Shown: positions 24,571-36,500 of the stretch, piece after piece | Layout: each line of letters begins with the position of its first letter | Numbering within the stretch: the stretch's first letter is position 1 | Source: Lama guanicoe | Lineage: Eukaryota | NCBI GenBank assembly: GCA_013239625.1 | Contig: MU054338.1 | Span: 4,489,371-4,553,370, forward strand | DNA length: 64,000 bases | Reading direction: 5' to 3' | Notes under the pieces: generated by a model | Told to the model about the DNA's origin: nothing | The model's input: only the letters and a program-made list of their open reading frames with translations | Databases searched by the model: none | Made by a program: the position numbers and the translations under genes

Positions 24571-26783
24571 ACCTCATCCCTGTGTGGAATGTGAGCTTGG
24601 TCAGAAAACCCTCCGATGCTGAAGCCCACCCTCCAAATTCCTCCTTCTGTCTCAGACTCTGCACTCCCATATCCAGACAGTCCTCCCATTCTCTTGTTCC
24701 TGCTTCATGAATTCCTCTTCATCTCCACTGGAACCATGTCATCACTCTTCTCCCTATGTCCCCACTCATGACCACATCCTGTCTAACACCCATGCTACAC
24801 AACACAAGTGTAAAATACCTATATGACCGTCACTCCCTTGCTGAAATCCCTTCTGTTGCCCTGTGGAGAAGGTCTAGTCTAAGCTCTTTTACCTACGTTA
24901 GGAGGTCCTACATGAAATGAACTTGCTGACATCTCCAGTTCAGTCATTGCTGGCACTACGTCTCCTATGAGCAGCTGTGACCATTTAGCACAGTGGGATA
25001 ATAATGCTGACCATAATAACTGATGTCATTGAGCATTCTTTTTGCCAGGCAGAATTTTAGGGTTTTATCACATTAAACCTCTAACCCTATGATATTATCA
25101 TATTCTTTTTTTTGCAGATGGGGAAAATTGTTTCTAAGTGTATCAGTTACCTCTTGCTGTGTAACAAATTATTCCTCCCAAGACGTCACAGCTTAAAACA
25201 ACAAACTTTTATTTTTCTATGGTTTCTGAGGGCTGGGAATCTGGACGCAGCTTAGTTGGGTGGAACTGGATCAGGGTGTCTCATGAGGTCACAGTCAAAT
25301 TGTTGGCTGTAATCTCAGTTCCTCCTCACATGGGCTTCTCCTTCCTGCTGCTCAAGCATCCTCACAACATAACTGGCTCCCCTACAGTGAATGACCCTGG
25401 AAAGAAAGACCCAGGGTGTCTCAGATGCCACATAATTTCAAATCTTCCTTTTTGTTTTTCTTAGAAACAAGTCACTAAATCTAGCTCATACTCAAAGAGA
25501 GGAAAATTAGGCTATCAGAGAATCTGTGGACATATATTAAGACCGCTGCATTGGTCTGCTGCCTCTAGGGGCCACACTCCTGAATGCACTGAACAAAGGT
25601 TGTAGAAGACAGTGTAGGCCCTGGCAGTCCCTCCCCACTGGCAACACCACCCCACATCACTGCCTCCCCTTCGCAGTGCTCTTTTGGCATAGAGGCCATT
25701 GTTATCTTCATTTTCCAGATGAAGAAACTGAGGCCCTGAGAGGCAAGTCACCTCCCAAGATAACTTCAGGGATACCTTGCAGAGTAAGGATTTGACTCCG
25801 ACTCCTATTACTATAAATAGCCAAGCCTTGGAGCTTTTTCTTTGTGCCAGGCTTCGGTCTAAGCATGTCACATCAGCCCCATGAAAGAGATCCTATTGTC
25901 ATGGGGCCGATTTTACAGATGGGAGTGTTGAGGCATAGAGAACTTGAGAACTTGCCCAGGACCACGCATGACTAGCAAGTGGTGGAGATGGGATTTGAAC
26001 CCCTGGCGATCTGGTGCCTGAGTCTGTGTTTATCATCCAGTGCTTCCCCTAGACATAACACAGCTCTGTTTATCGTTCTTCTTGGCAGACTTTGCTGTAT
26101 TTTCATGCTGGCTCCTAACTGCAGCCTCACCAGCTAGGGTCTCTGGATGCACAGGTGGAACCATTAATGAAACTTCTTCAGTGATCGTAACTCCAAGGTG
26201 GATATTTTACCTTGCATGGAACAAAAAGCAGAATACAGAAACAAGTGGGGCTCTTCATCCCAAGAACTCGGGCTGGTCTCTGCACCTCATTTTTAGCTTC
26301 TAGGGGATGCTTTTGGTACCTGCCCACAGCTGTGACCCTCAACCCCTCACGGCACACTAGATCGACATCTGCCAGCCATTGCGTTTTGTTATCAATAGGA
26401 TTACTCTCTGGAGTTCATTCTACCTGCTTGGAAGCCGAGCCTGAGGTGTCTTGGGTTGGCACAAGCCTCGTCAGTGACTGACAGTAGCTGGTGGGTAAAT
26501 ACCTGAGCCCCCTCATCCCTGATTTTGGTTAACTCTAAAGTATGTGCTCTTCCAAAGTGCCTAGCCAGGTTAAGTTTCAGTTTCGTATTGGATAACTTGC
26601 TTGATAACACATTTACTGTGGGGTCTCTCTCCTTCCCTCTCTCACTTCCTCCAACCCTGGCTGGAGTTTCTTTGGGTCATTTCCCTGATGAACTACCTTA
26701 CTAGAATCCTTGTCTCAGCATCTGCATCTGGAAGACCCTAACTGAGACATTCCTAGACCACCATATTTGTGAGATGGAGCATG

Positions 26784-26828
<45 letters not shown>

Positions 26829-27329
26829 TGGGTTGGGGGTGAGTGCTGGAAATGAGGGGGTGTCACTGTCCAGTGATGAGACATAGTGGAGAGCTGAAGG
26901 TAAGTAAAATGGTGAGAGCTCTAGATCTTGGAGGCAAAGGGTCCTGGATTCAAATCTCAAGTCCAGGCAATCTTGGACAAGTCACTTGTCCTCTGCAAGC
27001 CTCAGTTTCCTTTTTTATTGTATTTAAAAAAACAAAATGCGTGGGGGTAGGAATCTGTACTTTATTGACATCATTAAATTAAATTTTATTGGAAACATGT
27101 CTAGCACGGTGCCTGGTACTTGAAGGCTACGGTGGTTATTTTTATGGGACAGGCTGGGAAGGCACCCATGAGTTTGGGGCTCGCTTCATTGGGGATGGGT
27201 AGCAGAAACCCCTCTGTTACTGGGTGGAGTGGAATAAGGTGATGAAAGACGGGAGATAGATGTTGGTGGGGAAAGAAAAAAGTGAGCAGGAAGGCAGAAG
27301 AGAGGGGCGTAGGAACACCCACACAGGGA

Positions 27330-27550
27330 TGCACCAGTCGGAACAACTTCTCTTCACTGCGTAGAAAGGGGAAAGTGAGGGGTTTACCACACTGTCTTTC
27401 TGAGCGGTGGCCACTCAGCAAAAAGCCGTGGTGCTCTGACTGGGTTGTGCAATTCTGAGTCTGTCCTTCCCCTCTGTGCACACCCTCTGCTATTGAAAAC
27501 CCTGGGAACAGAGAGAAGATTCTCCACTCTGAATGACAGAACACAGCGTG
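27330..27550 (+). promoter_or_regulatory. ADGRE1 TATA-less myeloid-type promoter / 5' UTR
   Basis: Purine-rich region upstream of the ATG with a PU.1-like ACTTCTCTT (27346-27354), GGGGAAAGTGA (about 27368-27378), RUNX ACCACA (27386-27391) and C/EBP-like TTGTGCAAT (27445-27453). No TATA box seen. Confidence 0.65.
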
Positions 27551-27581
27551 ATGCGGGGCTTCAGGTTCCTCCTCTTTTGGG
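27551..27581 (+). CDS. ADGRE1: ADGRE1 exon 1, signal peptide
   Basis: [10 protein letters not shown](G)|gtgagt. Confidence 0.93.
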
Positions 27582-30500
27582 GTGAGTGTGAGGCCGAGTG
27601 GGGGATCTGGGAGAAACCTGCACCGGAAATAGATTGTAGGGGAAAAGGAGGGCCTCAGACTGTCCAGCCAGGAGATCATAATTGTAGGCTGGACACTGCA
27701 AACGCCTTCACGGGGGAATCTTTGACAAAAATCATTCAGTTCAGGGACTTTACCTGTCAAGGCAGAATTTCATTATAGTCGTTGGTTTGATGTGGGTTTC
27801 CTGAGCACCTACTATGTGACGGCGCTGTTGTAGGTACTGAGGACAGAGTGGTGAACAAACAGACGTGGTTCCCGCCCTTGTGAGGCTGACTTACTGGTAA
27901 GATGAGGCAGGCAGAAAGGAAGCCGCTAGTGTAACAGCCACTGCCCGCTTAGCACCGTCCTAAGTTCCTCAAACAGAGAACGTATTCAGTCTTCACTAAA
28001 TCCCTCTGATGCTGGGTCATTAGCAGCTCATTTTACAAAGGAAAAAATGAGGTGAAAGGCATTAAGGACCACTTAGCTAGCAAGGAGGAGAGCCCAGGGT
28101 TAAGCCCAGGCAATCGCAGCTTTATCTACAAAGCAGAAACAGACTCACAGACACATAAAGGTGCTGGGGGGGAGGGATAAACTTGGATTTTGAAAATTGC
28201 ACCTCTTGGGGGAGTGATGGGAAGGTTAGCCACCTTGATTGTGGTGGTGGTTTCATGGTTGTAGGCATCTATCAGAATTCATCAATTTGTACACCTGAAA
28301 TATGTGTAGTTTACTGTACAAGAATTGTACCACAATAAAGGTGTTTAGAAAAATAAATAAGTGTGTATTTTTGAGAATTAGCTGGAATTCTTTCTATTTG
28401 AAAAGAAAATGAAGATAATACGAACAAAACGAGAAAGAAAAAAAAAAAAGCTTAGAGCAGGAAAGCGGGAAGGGTTGCTGTGAAGACTGTATAAAGTGCC
28501 TTAGGTTTGTCACTCAATTGGGGTTTTGTAGGCTCATCAGAGCTGATCCTTGGAGGCCACACCAGGCGTAATTGTTCAGGTTGTGTCCAAGGAGCTTCTT
28601 GATGGGTTATGGTGTTTTTTTCTTATCTTTCTTCATAGGGTATTGTGGCGTGTGCAGCTGGGGAATGTCCACGTTATCCCCACTGGAATCCGTGACATGG
28701 GGTAAGTTGGACAAAGAGAATTCACATGCCCAGCGTGGTGGGGAGGAGGCTTTTCTCTCCTAGGAGGCTGAGCCGCAGCTGGACGCTTGCTAGGAGCTAG
28801 TCGGTGGCCGAGCAAGGGATAACATCCAGGTCTCCTGGTTCCCACCCAGGCTCTTTCCTTTGTGCCTTAAACTGGCTGTGTGACCTTAGGCAAGTCACAC
28901 AACCTCTCTGATCTTCAGTTTCCTCAGCTGTGAAATACAGGTAACAAGAGATCTATCTCACTGGGGTGTTGTGAAGCTTAAAAATCAAAAGAGGCCATTT
29001 TGTAAACTATCTGGTATGCATAATAAGATAAATGCCGGTAAGATGGGAATGGGGTTGGAATGACTCAAACTACAACTCAGTATGAGAAAAGTTGTACTTT
29101 TCAGTGTGTCGTTAAGTATCCTCACCTTTCACATAAGCTCCTGTTGGACCCAGGAGGAGAAACCTTGTAGGTTCTCAGCACTCTCAGTGTCTCAGTTTCC
29201 TGGCTCAGTCTTGTCTGGGAAACTGTCTACATTGTATAAAGAGTTGCTGTTTCAAACTGTCTACTCTTGTTCCTCCCAAGATGGCGTGTGGGTGTTGGCA
29301 TAGGGGCAGCTTGGATGCTGGGATCTCGGGGCTGTGGAGTGTGGACTCAATGAGGTGTTTTGTCCTGGTGGGGCATGGTCCCATCTCATTTGTCCAGCAA
29401 TCCTCTTGGAAGCTTTTTATCTCCCAGAGTCCACGTAGGAGCTCCTGGTTTCCATGTTCAGGCTACATCGAACTGGACGGGTTTTCTTGGGCCACCTGCT
29501 AGCTATCTCCTTCTGCTGGTTCTAACCCTTGGCTCCCGCATCATGTTGGATGCAGCAATAGCAGGAAGCAAGATTCTGTTGGGAGAAGTTGGCCGTTAGC
29601 CTTGACATTCCTAAATGTATCCATTTCTATCTGGAAGTTTCTGAGGTGACTCATCTCATCTGACTTTTAACCCTGGGGCGAGGTGGCAGAAGATGAGGAA
29701 GTCCTCCTCCTTCTTTCTCTCCATCAGCTCCCCGCAGCTTTCTTCCTTCCTATATTACAGACATTTCCCTTATAGCTCTCCCCGAGTCTGCTCTACACCA
29801 CAGCTCAATGCAAACTCTATCTTCCACTCCTTCAACCCTGGCAGCTGAAAAAAAATTTTTTTTCTTGAGATATAATCGAGATACAACATTGTGCAAACTT
29901 AAGATGTACACTGTGTTGATTGGATACACATGTTTTGCAAAATGATTACCACCATAGCATTAGCTAATATCTTCATCATATCATATAATTACTGTTCTTT
30001 TTTTTGTGTGTGGTGAGAGCTTTTAAGATCTCTTAGCAAATTTCAAGTATATCATACAGTATTGTTAGCTATACTCACGATGCTGTATGTTAGACCCCCG
30101 AAACTGACTCATCTTATTTTAAAATTTTTATTATTATTTATTGTTGTTGTTGTTGTTGTTAATGGAGGTTCTGGGGATTGAACCCAAGACCTTGTGTGTG
30201 CTAAGCCTGCACCCTACCACTGAGCTCTACCCCCAACCCCTGATTCATTTATACAGCTTTGCTTTCAACACTATTCTCTTGCTGGGAACGCAACATCCAG
30301 TTTGGTAATTAAAACCTGAACAATACTGTTTTGCTGTCATTGTGTGTCTGCTGCTAAGATTTCTTTTTTTTTTTTTGACAACACGGCATGATTATATTTC
30401 AATACACAACCAAAATATAAAACACTATTGTAAACTGATGGTAAAAAACATGGTTGCTAAGACATCTTAATTTTTCCAGAGTGAGAGAAAATCTTTTGGC

Positions 30501-33500
30501 AGAATGGGCTTGGGGAGGGGGCTCACATCCATATAAGTGGAAAACAGAAGTCACATCAATGTATTTCCAAAGAAATATATGTGTTTTAAATCAAGTTATC
30601 CTTGATTTAAAAAAAACTATCATTATTATCACATTTTTTCCGCTGTAAGCTACCACAAGATCTTGTATATATTTCCCTGTGCTACACAGTATAGTCTTTA
30701 TGTATTCTACATATGCCTGTCAGTATCTACAAAGTTTGTACTCCCAGTCTATCTCTTCCCACCCTCCACCCCCTTGGCAACCACAAGTTTGTATTCTATG
30801 TCTATGAGTCTGTTTCTGGTTTGTATTTTTGTTCTTTTTTTTTTTTTTTTTAGATTCCACATATGAGCGATCTCATATGGTATTTTTCTTTCTCTTTCTG
30901 GCTTACTTCACTTAGAATGACAATCTCTGGGAGCATCCATGTTGCTGCAAATGGCGTTATGCTGTTGTTTTTATGGCTGAATAGTATTCATATATATATA
31001 TATATGAATATATATGCTATATAGGTATATATATATATAGCACAACTTCTTTATCCAGTCATCTGTTGATGGGCATTAACTTACTTCCATGTCTTGGCTA
31101 TTGTAAATAGTGCTGCTATGAACATTGGGGTGCATGTATCTTTTCAAATTATAGTTTTCTCCAGGTATATGCTCAGGAGTGAGATTGCTGGATCATAGAG
31201 TAAGTTTATTTTTAGTTTTTAAAGGAATCCCCATACTGTTTTCCACAATGGCTGTACCAAACTACAGTCCCGCCCTTTTTTCCACACCCTCTCCAGCATT
31301 TATTGATTGTAGGCTTTTCCCCCCCAATCTGCAACCTCAATTCCCCCATTCATGTAACGTAACATATTCACTGGTGCCAGGGGTTAGGACGTGGTCCTCT
31401 TTGGTGCAGGGTAGGGGCATTGTTCTGCCAACCATAGGAATGATAGTACTGGATGAATCTCTTCCCAGCTATGGCTTTGCCCTCTTTCAGCTCATAGTAG
31501 GGTGAAGATGATCACTGAAAAGTTAATCACTCAAATAATTGAGCAATTATAATTGTGATAAGTTTCATAAAGAAGGGGCACAGGGAGCTATGGGGGAGTC
31601 AGGGAAGTCTTCTTAGAGGAAGTGACATTTAAGCAAGACCTGAAGAACAAGTAGGAGCTGGTCAAGCAAAGCAGAGTCAAAGGGAACAGCATGTGCAAAG
31701 GCCCTGTGGTGGGAAGGCTAGAAATGGAGTGAAGGGAGACACAAGATGAGGCATAAGGATGTGGTTGGGTCTGGTCACTGGGGGCTTTGTGGGTCATGTT
31801 GGATTTTAATTCTAAGTGCATCAGAGTATTATAGGCAGGGGCGGAGGGTAGATGATCACATTTGCATTCAGAGATGATTGCAGGGGACAATGGGGATGTA
31901 GGGACGTGGGATCTAGAAGAAGATCTGTACCAAGCATTGGTGTGGAGATGGAGAGAAGCGGGTAGATATCAAACAATATTTGGGGGAGATCAACAGGCCT
32001 TGGGGACCGACTGGATGTGAGGGTGAGAGCTAAACAGGTAAATGGAGGTACAGAGAGGTGAGATCACATGCCCCAGGGCTGGGCTGGATAGGATGTAGTT
32101 TTAACTGTTTCTGCAGAAACCGAATACTAACATCTGAGAAGTGTATTTCTTAGAAGTTTATTTCTCTCCCTCTGATAAATCTCCAACTCATAGATGAGAT
32201 GAGTTGACAGGGCAACCCTGCCTAAGAGATCATCCTGGCTCCCAGGTGTCTTCTGACCCATTACCTCTCCATCCTTTGGAGTTTTAACAAGTCATCACTC
32301 CCGTGGTTAAAGGATAGACCCCCTCACTCTATCCTGTTCCAGTCCAGGTAAAAGAGGAAAGAGGAAAGGGGAGGTGGGGAACATGCTCTTCCTTTGCACA
32401 AAAGGTGCTCGAGTCCCTTCTGCTTATTTCTGTTGGCCAGAATTTAGCCACATGTTCCCAGCTAGCTGCAAGAGAAGCTCAGACTGCAGTCTAACAGGAT
32501 GGTCATGCTATTAAAAAGAAGAGGGGGAGATGCGTCTGCGGGGATAGCCATCATTCTCTGCTTTGAGTTTTACTGTTGGTAAAACAGGGCTAACCCAGCT
32601 CGCTCTTGCTCCAAAGGCTGCAGTTTGGACTCTCATAGTCTTCTGTCTAGAGCTCTGATGCTAATGGCATGGTACAAGGACCAGCGTCCTCAACATCATT
32701 CAGGGGCTTGTTAAAATTGCAGGATCCCTCCCCAGACCTTCTGAATCAGCATCTGATTTCCCATGATCTCCTGGGGGTCCCAGGTGAAGCAGATGCTCCT
32801 GGTCTGTGGATCCCGCCTGGAATAGCAAGTGTTCAGGACAGTGCTCCTCACACTTTCATATGCACAAAAGTCCCCTGAGATGTTGCTAAAGCACAGGTTC
32901 TGACTTAGTAGACCTGGGGCGGGGCCTGAGACTTTGCATTTCCATCAAACACCCAGGTGATGCTGACGCTACCGGCCCATGGACCACACTTGGAGCAGCA
33001 AGGGTCTGGGGTCTACCACGTTCTTCACTGAGCATGCTTGGTCACTGCATCAATTTCCCAGGGCTGCTGAAACAAATGACCACAAACCAGGTGGCTTAAA
33101 ATAACAGAAATGTGTTCTCTCACAGTTCTGGAGGCCTGAAGTCTGAGATCAAGGTGCTTTCTCTGAAGGTTCTAGGGGAAAATCTGTCCCAAGGTCCCCA
33201 AGTGTCTCTCCGGTGTTGCTGGTAATCCTTGTCTGTAGAAGCAGCCTTCCCATCTCTGCTTCCGTCTGCATGGGGCGATCGCCCTGTCTCTGCGCCTCTT
33301 CTCTTCTTGTAAAGACATCAGTCATATCAGATTAAGGGACCATCCTACTCCAGTATAAACGCATCTTAACTTACATCTTAATTGCATCCACAAAGGCCCA
33401 ATTTCCAAATTAGGTCACAATCTCAGGGATCAGGAGTTAGAATGTCAGCATGTCTTTTGAGGGGACACAATTCAACCCACAGCAGTCACCTTCCTCTTCT

Positions 33501-36500
33501 CACGCTGGCTTCCCTTGCAGCCCCACTCAGTGCTCTAACCCCAGATCTTTCTTCTACGCTGCCTAGATCCGAATGGATGCAGAGATACCACCGTGTGCCC
33601 AGCGTATGCAACCTGCATCAGCACTTCAAATAGTTACTACTGCTCTTGCAAAAATGGCTTCCTGGCCAGCAATGGACAGAAGCAGTTCAGGGGCCCAGGA
33701 GTGGAATGCAAAGGTGAGTTCCTGCCTCCTCCGCACTGCTCAGCCTCCCCCACGCCGGCATTGGGTAGGAAAATCAGGTGGAAGCTGGCTAAGCCGCAGA
33801 TACAGGTACTTTTTCTCTTTTCTTCCTCCCTTCCTCCCTTGTCTGTCTTGTCTCTCTTTCTTATTTCTTTCTAGTATAAAATGATCCCTGGTCTATAAAA
33901 ATTCCAATGCTAGAGATTAGCAATAGAATAAAAATAAAATTATGCTATTTGTCAATATCCAGAAATAACCACCAAATTTTTTTTTCTGGTCGCCTCTCCA
34001 TGCAAATAATAAGAATTTTCTACTGTTTATGGAGTGTCAGGCCCCCAGGGAAGGGCTTTATGTGCATTTTCACATAAAACGGAGTGTAGACATTCTGACG
34101 GTCTCCACTAAACGGATGAGGAGATGGAGCCTTGAGAGCCTTTATGATACAGAAATGAACGGAGGTGGCTGTGTTCCAATAAAACTTTATGTATACAAAT
34201 AGGCAGTGGGCCGGATTTGACTCAAGGGCTGTAGTTTGCTGAGTTCTGAATAGCACAATTTATTTATATTATTATAGTTCCCAGGCTGCCCCAAACATTT
34301 TTCTTTAATCTGTGGATTACAATTGATGGGTTATTCAGTAAACACAGTAGTGTTGTTGGCCACTGGCTTTAAAACATAGGGTGGGGTGGAAACAACATTA
34401 TCCATCTAGAAAATGATGGATACTCCAGCACAGATTTTGTCCTCTCTGTGTCCTTGACCCCTAGTATAGTGCCTAACACATCGTGAGTATTGAAGATATT
34501 TATCAGATGAAAAAACGTGCCACCTTGTGCTTTATGTCAACTCCAGATTCGATTACCCTGTACCTGACGGACACTTAGGTCTTTCTGATGTTTCGTTACT
34601 TCAAACAAAGGTGGAATGAACATTCCTGCGATCTTATCTTGATGTAGAGTGGCCGATGGATCCAGATTTCTCGCTAAGAGAGGAGCAGTTTGCTGGGAGG
34701 GCGTTACAGCAGACTTGCCTTGAAGTTGTGTTTGCGTGGCAAGTGTTTCTTTAGGGTGACTTGCAGAGTAGGGCTGAAGGATATTTGGGGAGGACGTCCC
34801 CGTGGTACCCTGACTGCACTATTTTATGGGTGCTTTGATGAGCAAATCCTAGAGGATGGTTTGCAAAGTGTTCTGATTGTCCGCTGCTGGGTAACAGCAA
34901 ACTTAGTGCATTGAAACACAAGCAATTGTTTATTTTTGCTCATGAAAGAATCTGCTTTTTGGGCTGAGCTTGGTAAGGAAAACTTTTTTCCACATAGCAT
35001 CTGTTGAGTTGGCCCAACCAGGGACTAGAGGACCCACTTTGAAGGGGGCTCACTCATGTGGCTGGTAAGCAGGTGCTGGCTGCTGGCTGGCTGTCCCACC
35101 AAGGCCGTGGGATGGAGGTCTCAGTTCTTCTGCATGTGAACTGCTTTTTCATGGCTGGTTGAGCTTCCTCACAATATGGCAACCGAGTCAAGCATGAACA
35201 TCTCAAGAGAACAAGATGGAAGTGTAAGATATTTTTGTGACTTAGCACGGTATTTTTATGACCTAGTGTCACCACCACCATAGTCACAAAGATGCTCATA
35301 TTCCAGGGGAGGAAATATAGACACTCCTGCTTGATGGAAGGAGTACCAATTGAAGGGAATTGAATGAAGGGCATATGGAATGGTAATCATTGTTTCAACC
35401 ATCTTTGGAAAGTACAACCTGCTACGCAAGATGAGGCAAATTTGTAACTCTGGTAACTCTCTTTTTCTGTCCAGACATAGATGAATGTTCTCAAAGCCCC
35501 TCACCATGTGGTCCTAACTCAGTCTGCAAAAACCTGCGAGGGAGGTACAAGTGTAGCTGTTTGCCTGGTTTCTCTTCTCCCACTGGAAATGACTGGTCCC
35601 CAGAAAAGCCTGGTCATTTCGCCTGCACAGGTAATGCTCTCGGGGTCTCAGCACGGGGCTCTGTCGGACAGCTCCCACTGGGCTGGGTGCATGTATCGCT
35701 AACCTTAGACACTCAGGCTTTTACCTGCTCACTCTCCTCTGCTGCTGTCAGACAGTAACGAATGCCTCTACAGCTGGGTCTGCCCAGAGCGTTCTAAGTG
35801 TACTAACTCTTTTGGAAGCCACAGGTGCAGTTGACAAGTTGGATTCATCTCCAACAACTCCATCTGTGAAGGTATAGCGGACCTGGTCTTCTTTAGTTAC
35901 CTACTTGATTTATTAAGAATTACCTCATTTGACGATCCTATGTGATAGGGATTATGATCCTTGTTTCAGGAATGGTAAAATTGAGGCTCAGAGAGACAAA
36001 GTCACTTGCCCGAGGGTGCACAGCTATTAAGTGGAAGAACCTGGCTTTGAACTCCTGTTGAGAGTCTACTATGAGTTAAGAAGTGGGTCCTGCAGTATGA
36101 AGAGTAACAGGGGGCTCTCTCCCTAGAGTGATTCCCCAGGTGGGGATATTAGCAATGTCTGGAGACACTGGTGTTGAGGTTGTTTGTGCGCTGCTGTCCA
36201 CTGGTGGGCAGAGACCAGAGATCCTGCTAAAAGTCCTGTCCTACAGAATTTATCGCTGTGGCCAAGCCTAGCTGCGAAGGAGATTAGGAAGAAGGGGAAA
36301 CATGGGTGCCGGGGGCATCAGAACTGGCGCCATTGGCAAGAACGGGCGGTCTCCTGTCCTCCCTGCGCCCTCCGCCTTGACCCGGGGTTCCACTTACTCT
36401 CACCAGATACGAATGAGTGCGCCAGTCCCAGAACGTGCCCAGTGCATGCGACTTGCCACAACAGTTTAGGGAGCTATTCCTGTGTTTGCAACCCAGGATT

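Noticed and set aside
27101..27760. 219-aa minus-strand ORF antisense to the ADGRE1 promoter and exon 1
   Set aside because: No recognisable protein features; best explained by the purine/pyrimidine skew of the promoter.
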